Positions 1-9,513 are shown, numbered from the stretch's first letter. The stretch: DNA of 64,000 nt from Armatimonadota bacterium (GCA_046292385.1 JBKBRF010000010.1:64001-128000), one strand, 5' to 3'. Translations and numbers: made by a program. Notes: a model not told the origin generated them from the letters alone.

Positions 1-271
1 AGGCCTCGCCGTGGAACGGCATCCCGTGCTTCGCCTCCGCCTCCGTGGGCGGACCCCAGCGATCGAGGCAGAGGAAGTGCCCCATCCCCTGCAGCGGGTT
101 GACCTGGTCGCCTGCCAGGCGGAAGTCGGTGAGCGTGCCGCCCTGGAGCGCCACCGTCAGCGAAGCGGCCCGGCTCTCCAGCCGTATCCCCGGCACTTTC
201 GACGCCCTTGTCGAGCTGGGCACAGCGACGAGACCGAGGAGCAGCAGACCCCCTAACGCGACGTGTTTCAT
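1..271 (-). CDS. Secreted hypothetical protein, possibly galactose-mutarotase-like fold (3' end outside window)
   Basis: Own translation from ATG at 271: MKHVALGGLLLLGLVAVPSSTRASKVPGIRLESRAASLTVALQGG...GHFLCLDRWGPPTEAEAKHGMPFHGEA; signal-peptide-like N-terminus; open to the window edge. Confidence 0.6.
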   Translation of the reverse strand, partial: MKHVALGGLLLLGLVAVPSSTRASKVPGIRLESRAASLTVALQGGTLTDFRLAGDQVNPLQGMGHFLCLDRWGPPTEAEAKHGMPFHGEA

Positions 272-363
272 CCGCCAACACCTTCCCGGCGGCATCCGCA
301 TGCGCCGCTGGCGCTCTGTTCCGGAGTTTCCGGCCAGCCTCCTCCGACCCGTTGCGAACCGAG

Positions 364-633
364 CTATCGTCCAAACCGCTGCAGCGAGCGGGCCTTCGCC
401 TTCGCGGCCTCTTCCTCGCGGCTCTTGGGCGGCGCGGTCGTCTCCAGCGACGCGAGCAGCTCGCGGGAGAGGCGGGCGATCTCGTCGACCGCGCCCCGGA
501 AGGCGGCTTCGTTTGCCTTCGAGGGGGCGTTAAAGCCGGTGATCTTACGGACGAACTGGAGCGAGGCGGCGTGGACCTCGTGGTCGGTCACCGGCGGCTC
601 GAAGTTGAAGAGGGGTTTGATGTTCCTGCACAT
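364..633 (-). CDS. DUF2277 family protein
   Basis: MCRNIKPLFNFEPPVT...AASLQFVRKITGF..PSKANEAAF signature; 89 aa. Confidence 0.9.
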   Translation of the reverse strand: MCRNIKPLFNFEPPVTDHEVHAASLQFVRKITGFNAPSKANEAAFRGAVDEIARLSRELLASLETTAPPKSREEEAAKAKARSLQRFGR

Positions 634-804
634 GTCTCTGCTCCGAAGAATAGGTCGCCGGCGCGCCGGACCGCCGGCTTTCTGACCGGAGGCGGGCGGA
701 GAACGCGGGCGAATAACGAGAGCTCTACGTGCGGGCCTCAATTGCTTGCCGCAGCGCAGCGTCGGTTCCGCGGATCCGCCCCCGCGCCCTAGTCGGCCGA
801 TCCA

Positions 805-992
805 CCGCGTGTGTGGCCCTCCCTCAGCCCTTTCACACTCCGCTTCGCTCCGTTAGCGGGCTGGTCCGGGCGTGCAGCCCGGTTCGCTTGTCCCCGCGTT
901 CGAAAACTGCGTCTCTGACGTGGTGGCGGTTCACGGGCTGAATCGGCCGCCGTCGAGCGACCACCCCCGTCGCCCGGGGGTGGTCACAAGTG
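805..992 (+). repeat. Long (~190 nt) intergenic repeat, family A copy 1
   Basis: Shares ordered blocks (GGCCCTCC, TTTCACrCTCC, CTCCGyTAGC, TCACGGGC, ACCACCCC-loop-GGGGTGGTCACAA) with 8653-8855 and the reverse complement of 9001-9190. Confidence 0.8.
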
Positions 993-1167
993 CTGTCCTC
1001 CGGCGCAGCCTTCGGCTGCCCCTCCGGACGCCCCGGGTGCGAGCTACGCCAAGCCCGGGAGCCTGGAGACCAAGCCGAAGGCTGCGGCAGGCATCGGCAG
1101 TCGCCGCCGGACAGTGCACACGCCGCGGCGCACGCGTGGGACATGCGCCGCGGCTCGTGCGACTGGC

Positions 1168-1629
1168 TTACGCTCCGGGGCAGCCTTCCGCCATCGCGGA
1201 GGCGGCGGCCTGCTGGAGCTCCTCCGGGGAGAGCTGCTTCACGGTGGTGGCGATCGACCACTTGTGGCCGAACGGGTCGACGAGCACGCCGTACCGGTCG
1301 CCCCAGAACTGGTCCGCCAGCGGCATCACCACCTGGCAGCCGGCGTCGACCGCCCGCTGCCAGGCGGCGTCGCAGTCCGCGACGTGGAGGTGGACCGAGA
1401 CGGTGCTGTTCCCGAGCGACTGCGGGCTGAGGGCGCCGAAGTCGGGGAATTCATCGACCAGGAAGACCGGCGAGCCGCCGATCATCACGCAGCCGTGCAT
1501 CACCTTGCCGTCCGGTCCCTTGATGACGTTGGGGTCGCCGTCGCCGAACGCTTTCGCGTAAAACGCGGCGGCCTCCTCGGCGTTGCGGCAGCAGAGATGG
1601 GGGATGATGCGGGTCGTAGCTTCAGACAT
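1168..1629 (-). CDS. VOC/glyoxalase (PhnB-like) family protein
   Basis: IIPHL..AAAFYAKAFG, GKVMH, DQFWGDRYGVLVDPFGHKWSIAT; GGAGGAG RBS before ATG 1629. Confidence 0.92.
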   Translation of the reverse strand: MSEATTRIIPHLCCRNAEEAAAFYAKAFGDGDPNVIKGPDGKVMHGCVMIGGSPVFLVDEFPDFGALSPQSLGNSTVSVHLHVADCDAAWQRAVDAGCQVVMPLADQFWGDRYGVLVDPFGHKWSIATTVKQLSPEELQQAAASAMAEGCPGA

Positions 1630-1812
1630 GAGTTCTCCTCCGTAGCGTGTATCGTTGGTTTGTCGGGTCGCGCTCAACCGCGCGAGGTCTTCGCCGAGCG
1701 GGCGGTGCCTCTGCCGCTCAATAGAGGGTGCGTATCGTTCATCGCTCCGCTCGCGGAGCAGGTCTGACGGGCGTTAAGTGAGTACCGCCGCGTTCCCGGT
1801 CCGGTATGCCTG

Positions 1813-1863
1813 AGCCCGCGCAGGCGGGCTTCGCTCTCTGTAGCCTCGACTTCAGTCCGAGGC
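1813..1863 (+). repeat. REP-like double hairpin, family B copy 1
   Basis: AGCCCGCGCAGGCGGGCTTCG...GTAGCC..TTCA; related copies at 17028-17080 and 19558-19607 (both reverse). Confidence 0.75.
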
Positions 1864-1893
1864 TCGAATCTGGCGTCACTTCACGCCACGGCT

Positions 1894-2256
1894 TCAGCCC
1901 TGCTGCGGGAGCAGGGCGCTGATGTCGAGCACGGGCCGGATCTCGACGGTGCCCTTCTTCGCCATCGGGATCCGCTCGGCGATCGAGATCGCCTCGTCCA
2001 GGTCCTGCGCGTCGATCATGTAGAAGCCGCCAAGCTGCTCGCGGGTCTCCGCGAACGGCCCGTCGGTCACCAGCCGCCGGCCCTCGCGGACACGGACACT
2101 GGTGGCGGTAGCGACCGGGTGCAGCGGCGAGGCGGCGAGGAACTTCCCGGCGCGGTGCAGCTCGTGGGCAAGCTGCGACGACTCCCGGTAGCACGCCTCC
2201 CGCTCCTCCGGGTTCATGGCATCCTCGGCGCCGTAGATCAGCAGTAGGTACTTCAA
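1894..2256 (-). CDS. YciI/DGPF domain protein
   Basis: MKYLLLIY, TDGPFAETREQLGGFY, GTVEIRPV; TTG start with GGAG RBS. Confidence 0.93.
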   Translation of the reverse strand: MKYLLLIYGAEDAMNPEEREACYRESSQLAHELHRAGKFLAASPLHPVATATSVRVREGRRLVTDGPFAETREQLGGFYMIDAQDLDEAISIAERIPMAKKGTVEIRPVLDISALLPQQG

Positions 2257-2275
2257 CGGTTCAACTCCACTCTTC

Positions 2276-2572
2276 TCAGCCGCCGGCGATGGCGCCGACG
2301 ATCATCAGCGGCTCCGTGCCCGCGGCCACCGCCTCCGGCAGCAGCGTCTCCGGCGGCTCGTGGGAGAGGTCTTCCTCGCAGGCGAAGAACCGCACGAAGT
2401 CCCGGCGCCGCTTGGTGACGTGGTCGCGGATCGGACCGCGCAGCACCGGGTACTGCGCCTCCAGCGCGTCCAGCACGGCGCCGAGCGTGACCGGTCCTTC
2501 GACCTGCAGCTCGACCTCCCCGTCGACCCGCGCGAGAGTCCGCAGGTGGTACGGAAGCGTGACCCGGATCAT
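2276..2572 (-). CDS. MoaD/ThiS family (ubiquitin-like) protein
   Basis: [14 protein letters not shown]...IVGAIAGG C-terminal diglycine; ATGA overlap with the upstream gene. Confidence 0.9.
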   Translation of the reverse strand: MIRVTLPYHLRTLARVDGEVELQVEGPVTLGAVLDALEAQYPVLRGPIRDHVTKRRRDFVRFFACEEDLSHEPPETLLPEAVAAGTEPLMIVGAIAGG

Positions 2573-3687
2573 GGCAGGGTCTGGACCTCCACGGAGAGCA
2601 CCGCCGGCAGGTCGCGCACGATCGGGGCCCAGTTGTCGCCGCCGTCCGGAGAGCAGTAGACCTGGCCGCCGGTGGTGCCGAAGTAGACGCCGCCGGAATC
2701 GAGCGAGTCGACCGCCATCGCGTCCCGCAGCACGTTGACGTAGCAGTCCTTCTGCGGCAGCCCCTTGGTCAGCGGCTCCCACTCGTGGCCGCCGCTCCGG
2801 CTGCGGTAGACGCGCAGCTTGCCGTCCGGCGGGAAGTGGTGGGAGTCGCTGGTGATCGGCACCACGTAGATCGTCTCCGGCTCGTGCGCGTGGACGTCGA
2901 TCGGGAAGCCGAAGTCAGTCGGCAGGTCGCCGCTCACCTCGCTCCAGGAGTCGCCGGCGTTGTCGCTGCGCATCACGTCCCAGTGCTTCTGCATGTAGAG
3001 CACGTCCGGCCGGGACGGATGGAGGGCGATCCGGTGGACGCAGTGTCCCACCTCGGCGTTCGGATCCGGGATGTACTCGGACTGCAGGCCGCGGTTGATC
3101 GGCTTCCAGGTCTGCCCGCCGTCATCGGTCCGGAAGGCGCCGGCCGCGGAGATGGCGATGTAGATCCGGTCCGAGTTGGTCGGGTCCTGGATGATGGTGT
3201 GGAGGCACATCCCGCCCGCGCCCGGCTGCCACTTGGGGCCGGTGCCGTGGTTGCGCAGGCCGGAAAGCTCCTGCCAGCTCTTGCCGCCGTCGGTGGTGCG
3301 GAACAGCGAGGCGTCTTCCGCCCCCGCCAGCACCGTGTCCGGATCGGTGAGCGACGGCTCCAGGTGCCAGACCCGCTTGAACTCCCACGGGTGCTGCGTG
3401 CCGTCATACCACTGGTGCGTGCCGGGCACGCCGTCGTAGACGAACTCGTTGCCGACCGCCTCCCACGTCTTGCCGCCGTCATCCGACCGCTGGATCATCT
3501 GCCCGAACCAGCCGCTCGACTGGGAGGCGTAGATCCGGTTCGGATCGACGGGCGAGCCCTTCAGGTGGTAGATCTCCCAACCCGCAAAGTGGGGACCGCT
3601 CACTTCCCACTGCTCGCGCTTCCCATCCGAGGTCAGGATGAAGGCGCCTTTCCTCGTGCCGACCAGTACCCTAACTCCGCTCATCAC
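2569..3687 (-). CDS. BNR/Asp-box beta-propeller protein (exo-alpha-sialidase-like, function unknown)
   Basis: [11 protein letters not shown]-terminus; repeated SxDGGxTW boxes; no signal peptide. Confidence 0.88.
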   Translation of the reverse strand: MMSGVRVLVGTRKGAFILTSDGKREQWEVSGPHFAGWEIYHLKGSPVDPNRIYASQSSGWFGQMIQRSDDGGKTWEAVGNEFVYDGVPGTHQWYDGTQHPWEFKRVWHLEPSLTDPDTVLAGAEDASLFRTTDGGKSWQELSGLRNHGTGPKWQPGAGGMCLHTIIQDPTNSDRIYIAISAAGAFRTDDGGQTWKPINRGLQSEYIPDPNAEVGHCVHRIALHPSRPDVLYMQKHWDVMRSDNAGDSWSEVSGDLPTDFGFPIDVHAHEPETIYVVPITSDSHHFPPDGKLRVYRSRSGGHEWEPLTKGLPQKDCYVNVLRDAMAVDSLDSGGVYFGTTGGQVYCSPDGGDNWAPIVRDLPAVLSVEVQTLP

Positions 3688-3774
3688 ACCCTCCTTCCGC
3701 AGCGCGGCCCGCCCTTCCGGAGCGATCGCCGCCGACTCCTGGCGGTTACCCGCCGATTAAGCAAGCACCGTCCG

Positions 3775-4257
3775 TTACTTCACGCGATAGTAGTTCGCCC
3801 ACATGAAGGCATGCCAGTCGCCGTCCTCCCCCTGGAGCTGGGAGGTGAGCGTGCGGTGGTCCGGCCCCTTGAGCTGGATCACGTCACGGTACTTCGCCAT
3901 CTGGCCCGGGCGCGCGAAGTCCGGCCCCTCGGCCTCCAGGGTGAGCACCGTCTCGCTCTCGTCCAGCGTCCCCTCGTAGACCCAGAGGTGGGTCATCATG
4001 GAGCCGATCCAGGTGCCGACGAACTTCTGCCGCTGCGGGTCGTACCCCAGCGTCATCTGCATCGTGGCCGCGCCGCCGCCCGGCATCTCGCCCCGCCCCT
4101 CGCACTGGACCCAGAGCCCGCCGAGGGAGCGGACGCTCTCCCGGCCTTCCGTCTTCGTCTGCGACTGATCCGGGCCACAGTCCGCCACCGCCTCCATCGT
4201 CCAGTCGCCCAGCAGCGCCTCCAGCCAGCGGTGCTCCTTCTGCGGTTCTGCCTGCAT
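3775..4257 (-). CDS. DUF1579 domain protein
   Basis: PQKEHRWLEALLGDW, GYDPQRQKFVGTWIGSMMTHLWVYEG. Confidence 0.9.
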   Translation of the reverse strand: MQAEPQKEHRWLEALLGDWTMEAVADCGPDQSQTKTEGRESVRSLGGLWVQCEGRGEMPGGGAATMQMTLGYDPQRQKFVGTWIGSMMTHLWVYEGTLDESETVLTLEAEGPDFARPGQMAKYRDVIQLKGPDHRTLTSQLQGEDGDWHAFMWANYYRVK

Positions 4258-4315
4258 CGCTCTCTCCTCGCTTTCGTCCCGCCCCGCTCCGCCCGAACCG
4301 GGGTACTTCACTTGC

Positions 4316-4344
4316 TAGTCGAAGGGCGGAGCGCCGGATCGACA
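4316..4344 (-). promoter_or_regulatory. ECF42-type promoter
   Basis: TGTCGATCC-N12-TTCGACTA on the minus strand; fits the reported ECF42 consensus (-35 TGTCGA, -10 CGA/TC). Confidence 0.8.
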
Positions 4345-4379
4345 CTCCGCCGGAAAAACTTTCTGCGGCAGGAGCGCCG

Positions 4380-4793
4380 CTACTTCTGCTCCGCCGCCGC
4401 ATGCTCGCGCATCCGCTCGATCGCCTCGCTCGGCCCGAAGTCCTCCAGCTCGAAGTACTGCCGGAGCTCCAGCTCCACCTCGCCGTCCCCGTCCAGGGCC
4501 GGCCACCGCCGCGCCCACTCGATCGCCTCTTCCTTCGAGTTGACCTGGATGACGGTGTAGCCGGCGATCAGCTCCTTCGTCTCCGCAAACGGACCGTCGG
4601 TCACCGTGGGGACGCCGCCGGAGAACTTGATCCGGGCGCCCCTGGAGCTGGGATGCAGGCCATCGCCATCCAGCATCACCCCGGCCTTCATCAACTCCTC
4701 GTTGTACGCCAGCATCGCCGAGAGAAGCTCCTCGCTCGGGAGCTCCCCCGCCTCCGTCTTCGCGTCCGCCTTACGGATGATCATGAACCGCAT
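4380..4793 (-). CDS. YciI/DGPF domain protein
   Basis: MRFMIIRKA, GLHPSSRGARI, TDGPFAETKELIAGY. Confidence 0.93.
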   Translation of the reverse strand: MRFMIIRKADAKTEAGELPSEELLSAMLAYNEELMKAGVMLDGDGLHPSSRGARIKFSGGVPTVTDGPFAETKELIAGYTVIQVNSKEEAIEWARRWPALDGDGEVELELRQYFELEDFGPSEAIERMREHAAAEQK

Positions 4794-4885
4794 CGTCGCC
4801 CCTCTCTCTCCTCGAACGCCTGGCAATCAAACTTGTGTTTGCTCTCAGGCGATATTATAGACGAGCGGATCGCTCGTCCGTTACG

Positions 4886-4914
4886 TAGTCGAAGAAAAAC
4901 CCGTCGGATCGACA
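4886..4914 (-). promoter_or_regulatory. ECF42-type promoter
   Basis: Second TGTCGATCC-N12-TTCGACTA with identical spacing, upstream of the DGPF gene. Confidence 0.8.
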
Positions 4915-4957
4915 AGCAGCGAGTTTTTTTCTCGCCGGAGGCAGCTTGGTTGGTAGG

Positions 4958-6211
4958 CTAGCGCCCGTCCAGCTCCCGGAGACGCGCCTCCAGGAAGCGG
5001 CGCTCCGGCTCCTGGCGGGCCAGGGCGAGCGCGGTCCGGTAGGCGGCCGCCGCATCTCCGGTCCGGCCGAGGCGCCGGAGGAGATCCGCGCGGGCGGAAT
5101 GCGCAAGGTGATAGTCGGCCAGATCACCCTGTGAGAGGAGGGAATCGATCAGGGACAGGCCTGCTTGTGGACCGTCCCGCATGGCAACCGCCACGGCGCG
5201 GTTCAGCTCCACCACGGGCGAGGGTACCGCCCGCGCGAGGAGCCCGTAGAGGCCGGCGATCTGCGCCCAGTCGGTCTCCTCCGCGGAGGGGGCCGAGGCG
5301 TGAACCGCGCCGATCGCGGCCTGGAGCGAGTAGGGCCCGAGGGTCGGCGCGGAGAGCGCCCGCTCCGCGAGGGCGGTGCCTTCCGCAATCTGCTCCCGAT
5401 TCCAGAGGGAGCGGTCCTGGTCCGCCAGCAGCACCAGGTCCCCTTCCGGCGTGGTGCGGGCGGCCCGGCGGGAGTCGTGGAGCAGCATCAGCGCCAGGAG
5501 CCCGATCGCCTCCGGGTCCGGCAGCAGCTCCACCAGCAGCCGGCCCAGCCGGATCGCCTCGGCGGAGAGGTCGTGGCGGACCACCGCCTCCCCGGACGAG
5601 GCGGAGTAGCCCTCGTTGAAGACGAGGTAGACCACGTGGAGCACGGCGTCGAGCCGGTCCGGCAGGTCGGCGCGGGTGGGAATCTCGTAGGGGATGCGCG
5701 CGACCCGGATCTTGTTCTTGGCGCGCACGATCCGCTGCGCCAGGGTGGCGGTCTGCGTGAGGAAGGCGCGGGCGATCTCCTCCGTGGTGAGGCCGCAGAC
5801 GGTCCGCAGCGTCAGCGCGATCTGCGCGTCCGGAGAGAGCGCCGGGTGGCAGCAGGTGAAGATCAGGCGGAGGCGGTCGTCCGCCACGCCCTCTTCCTCT
5901 TCCCACGGCGCGGGGTCCTCCGTAAAGGTCTCCGCCTGCTCCGTGAGCTCTGCGAGCTTGGTATCGAGCCGCGCCCGCCGCCGGGCCGCGTCGATCCCCC
6001 GGAAGCGCCCCGCGGAGATCAGCCACGCCCGGGGATTGGCCGGCACGCCGGAGCGGGTCCACGCGTCGAGCGCCGCCATGAAGGCGTCCTGCATCGCCTC
6101 CTCGGCAAGATCGAAGTCGCCGAGGAGGCGGATCAGCGTGGCGAGGATCCGGCGCGACTCCGCCCGGTAGACGCTGTCCAGAACCCCCCGAACCCGCTCT
6201 GCCGCCGCCAC
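4958..6211 (-). CDS. ECF sigma factor, group ECF42 (C-terminal TPR-like extension)
   Basis: Sigma2/sigma4 (DLAEEAMQDAF, DDRLRLIFTCCHPALS, AQRIVRAK), YLVFNEGY, long helical C-terminus; DGPF neighbours. Confidence 0.93.
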   Translation of the reverse strand: MAAAERVRGVLDSVYRAESRRILATLIRLLGDFDLAEEAMQDAFMAALDAWTRSGVPANPRAWLISAGRFRGIDAARRRARLDTKLAELTEQAETFTEDPAPWEEEEGVADDRLRLIFTCCHPALSPDAQIALTLRTVCGLTTEEIARAFLTQTATLAQRIVRAKNKIRVARIPYEIPTRADLPDRLDAVLHVVYLVFNEGYSASSGEAVVRHDLSAEAIRLGRLLVELLPDPEAIGLLALMLLHDSRRAARTTPEGDLVLLADQDRSLWNREQIAEGTALAERALSAPTLGPYSLQAAIGAVHASAPSAEETDWAQIAGLYGLLARAVPSPVVELNRAVAVAMRDGPQAGLSLIDSLLSQGDLADYHLAHSARADLLRRLGRTGDAAAAYRTALALARQEPERRFLEARLRELDGR

Positions 6212-6267
6212 GAGCGCTTACCTCTTACGAAGCCGAAAGCGTGAACCCGAAGCTCTCCGTGGCGAGG

Positions 6268-6307
6268 ACGTGCCGGAAGCACCAGGTCGCCAGCGAGCAG
6301 GAGCAAG
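6268..6307 (+). repeat. 40-nt dispersed repeat, family C copy 1
   Basis: ACGTGCCGGAAGCACCAGGTCGCCAGCGAGCAGGAGCAAG is the exact reverse complement of 41298-41337. Confidence 0.9.
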
Positions 6308-6379
6308 AGTAAGAGCAGGAGCAGGACCTCCCGCTCCCGGAGGGTTCGGCTTTAGCCTTTAGCCTTCTGCCTTTAGCCT

Positions 6380-6679
6380 TTAAAAGCCCATCTTGTCCGC
6401 GAAGAGGTCGTCTTCCGAGAGGTCGCCCGGCTCGAGGGGGCGCCAGTTGCCGTTGCCGAGGTAGACCAGGATGGTGCCGCAGCCGCCGCACTTGGCGCGG
6501 CTCTCGTAGCCGGTGCCGACCGGCGGGCACTTCGGCTCTCCGGTGACCTTGCAGCGCGGCCGGAGCGGCTTCTGGCACACGGGGCAGCGGCCGAAGATGG
6601 GGGGCGCGTCGCCCAGCATCTCACTCGGCTTCTGCTCCTGGATCTCTTCGATCAACGGCTTCTCGATCACGGTGCTCAT
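6380..6679 (-). CDS. Small hypothetical protein with two CxxC pairs (zinc-ribbon-like)
   Basis: 99 aa; CPVC...CGGC; purine-rich RBS; GC-rich third codon positions. Confidence 0.7.
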   Translation of the reverse strand: MSTVIEKPLIEEIQEQKPSEMLGDAPPIFGRCPVCQKPLRPRCKVTGEPKCPPVGTGYESRAKCGGCGTILVYLGNGNWRPLEPGDLSEDDLFADKMGF

Positions 6680-6908
6680 GCGCGACTTCTCCCTCACTGC
6701 GAGCCAATCGGGCTTCGACTTTCCCATCTTACCATTTGGGCCGGACAGGCGGGAGCGCCCTTCCTCAATCTCACCTCTCCCGCCGGTTTGCGCGGGCTCT
6801 GCCGCCGGGAACATCCCCAGTTCGGGCGACAGATCGAGGCGCTCGGGCGAATGATAGAACAGATCGACCAGAGAGCCGCGGCCGGCGCGGCAGCAGAGCG
6901 GGGACGGC

Positions 6909-8510
6909 ATGGACAGACTCCGGCGGCAGATTCACGAGGCTGAGTTCACCAATTCGTTTGTCGACGAGCTTCCGGGCGAAGAGTCCGGCAGCAAGCTGCC
7001 GCGCCAGGTGCCCGGCGCCTGCTACTCCCGCGTGAGCCCGACGCCGGTCGCCGACCCGCGCCTGCTCGCCTGGTCCCGGGATCTCGGCGACTACCTCGGC
7101 CTGGAGCAGCCGGCGGAGCGCGGACCCAGCGTCGACGTCCTGGGCGGGAACCTGGTGACGCCTTCGATGAAGCCGTATGCCGCGCGGTACGGCGGTCACC
7201 AGTTCGGCTCCTGGGCGGGACAGCTCGGCGACGGCCGCGCGATCACGCTGGGAGAGGTGGAGGCGACCGACGGCTCCCGCTGGGAGATCCAGCTCAAGGG
7301 CGCCGGCATGACCCCCTACTCCCGGCACGCGGACGGGCGCGCGGTGCTGCGGTCGTCGCTCCGGGAGTTTCTCTGCAGCGAGGCGATGCACTGGCTCGGC
7401 GTGCCGACCACCCGCGCGCTCAGCCTGGTAGCGACCGGCGACACGGTGATCCGCGACATGTTCTACATGGGCGACCCGCGCCCGGAGCCGGGCGCCATCA
7501 CCGCCCGGGTGGCCCCCACCTTCATCCGCTTCGGCAACTTTGAGATCATGACCGCGCGGGAGGAGCTGGAGAACCTCCGGCTGCTGGCGGACTACGTGCT
7601 GCGCCACTTCTACCCGGAGCTGGGGGAGCCGTCCGAGGAGAGCTACGTCGCCTGGTTCACGGAGGTAAGCCGGCGCACCGCCGTGATGATCGCCCACTGG
7701 ATGACGGTCGGCTTCGTCCACGGCGTGATGAACACCGACAACATGTCGATCCTCGGCGTCACGATCGACTACGGCCCCTACGGCTGGATGGAGCCGTACG
7801 AGCCGGGGTGGACGCCGAACACCACCGACTTCGCCACCCACCGCTACGCCTTCGGGCAGCAGCCGCAGATCGCGCTCTGGAACCTCTGGATGCTGGCGCG
7901 CGCCCTCACCCCGCTGGTGAGCGACGTCGCCGGCCTGGAGGCGGGGCTGGAGACCTACCGCTCCACCCTGGCAGAGACGCACCGCGCGATGCTGCTGCGG
8001 AAGCTGGGGCTGCAGCCGACCACGGTCGAGACGGACGACGCGCTCCTGGAAGCGCTGGAGGCGGGGCTGGTCGCCGCCGGAGTCGACATGACCCTCTTCT
8101 TCCGCACCCTCTCCCACGCCGCGCCGGCCGCGCTTGCCGATCCCGGTGCCCAGCAGGCGGAGTTGGAGCGGGTGCTCGAGGCGAGCGCTTACCCCGAATC
8201 GCCCGGCGGACCCGATCGCCTGCGGGAGTGGCTGCGGGGCTACACGGAGCGACTCCGGAGCGAAGGCCGCTCGCCGGAGAGCGTCCGCGAGGGGATGCTG
8301 GCGGCCAACCCGAAGTACGTGCTCCGCAACTACCTGGCGCAGAACGCCATCGACGCCGCCACCGCCGGCGACCTGGCCCCGCTGCACCGCCTGCTGGAAG
8401 TGCTCCGCCGCCCCTTCGACGAGCAGCCCGAGCACGACGACCTCGCCGCCCGCCGCCCGGAGTGGGCTCGCACCAAGCCCGGCTGCGCCACGCTCTCCTG
8501 CAGCTCTTGA
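6909..8510 (+). CDS. selO: Protein adenylyltransferase SelO (YdiU/UPF0061)
   Basis: YGGHQFG.WAGQLGDGRA, QLKGAG.TPYSR.ADGRAVLRSS, GFVHGVMNTDN, IDYGPYG, NPKYVLRNY, terminal SCSS. Confidence 0.96.
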   Translation: MDRLRRQIHEAEFTNSFVDELPGEESGSKLPRQVPGACYSRVSPTPVADPRLLAWSRDLGDYLGLEQPAERGPSVDVLGGNLVTPSMKPYAARYGGHQFGSWAGQLGDGRAITLGEVEATDGSRWEIQLKGAGMTPYSRHADGRAVLRSSLREFLCSEAMHWLGVPTTRALSLVATGDTVIRDMFYMGDPRPEPGAITARVAPTFIRFGNFEIMTAREELENLRLLADYVLRHFYPELGEPSEESYVAWFTEVSRRTAVMIAHWMTVGFVHGVMNTDNMSILGVTIDYGPYGWMEPYEPGWTPNTTDFATHRYAFGQQPQIALWNLWMLARALTPLVSDVAGLEAGLETYRSTLAETHRAMLLRKLGLQPTTVETDDALLEALEAGLVAAGVDMTLFFRTLSHAAPAALADPGAQQAELERVLEASAYPESPGGPDRLREWLRGYTERLRSEGRSPESVREGMLAANPKYVLRNYLAQNAIDAATAGDLAPLHRLLEVLRRPFDEQPEHDDLAARRPEWARTKPGCATLSCSS

Positions 8511-8652
8511 GACCTATTCTTTTTCGACACAGAGGGACACAGCGCGGCTGATGCCGCAACCAAACTCGAGGCGGCGGAGGAATGCTCGGTTAGTCGAGAC
8601 CGTCATCGCTCCGGGAGTCCACCCCGCGCCCTCCCCACCCGGAGCGGCCCTC

Positions 8653-8855
8653 CCGCGTGGGTGGCCCTCCGCGGCTCCCCCGTTCGGGGGACAAGCCTTT
8701 CACGCTCCGGCCTCCCCTCCGCTAGCGGGCGCTCCGGGCGTGCTCCCCGGCGCGCTGCGTTCCGCGTCCAAGAGGGGCGTCTGCAGCGAGACGACGGTTC
8801 ACGGGCCGCTCCAGGCGGCTCAAGCGACCACCCCTCGCAGGGGTGGTCACAAGTG
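8653..8855 (+). repeat. Family A repeat copy 2
   Basis: Colinear similarity to 805-992, with an extra CCCCCGTTCGGGGG hairpin. Confidence 0.8.
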
Positions 8856-9000
8856 AACCCCTCCAGCCCTGCCTCCGGCAGTGCTTCCGAGCTTCGTAGA
8901 TCTCCACGCCCTGGGGGCGCAAAGCTGGTCGTGCTGCACCGGCTCGAGGCAACCCGTCGGCTGCCGACCGTGCCCAGACCGAAGGCGCCCGCAGGGCGCC

Positions 9001-9190
9001 AGTTGTGACCACCCCTGGGCGCAGGGGTGGTAGCTCGAAGAGTCGGGAGGCAGCCCGTGAGCTCCCCTGTCGACGCGGTAACGCTTCCTGGCGCGGGAAG
9101 AGCTACACGGGGCGGACTCCCGCAGCGGCCTGCTAACGGAGCGCAGCGGAGTGTGAAAAGGCCGCGGAGGGCCTTCGTCGCGGGAGGGCT
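9001..9190 (-). repeat. Family A repeat copy 3
   Basis: Reverse complement contains GGCCCTCCGCGGCCTTTTCACACTCCGCTGCGCTCCGTTAGC and ACCACCCC..GGGGTGGTCACAA. Confidence 0.8.
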
Positions 9191-9513
9191 GCCTCCCGGC
9201 ACAAGGGCTCGGGGTCGGGTTACGGGATCGAGGCTGCAGCTCGAAGAGAAGCAAAAACACCACACAACTGGCACCCTCCGGCTCCGCGAGGCCCAGGCGC
9301 GCGATGCCCGCCAGCAAAACCTGCGCATCCCGGCCAGATTCCCGCGGTGAGTAGTGCAGAAGGACCAACAGAGGGAACACAGATCCGGACAGAATTGGGC
9401 CGTCTTCGCGCCCATCCCCAGTCATCCTGAACGAAGGTGAAGGATCTCGGCAGCCGCGCTGAGTAGGGCCTCGTGCTCCCACCCGGGGACCGCCAAACGA
9501 GCGAGCCCCAGCG

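Noticed and set aside
8496..8545. Selenocysteine read-through at the selO TGA
   Set aside because: The protein already ends in the usual bacterial SCSS with Cys at the Sec-equivalent position; TGA follows it and the downstream sequence is a repeat arm
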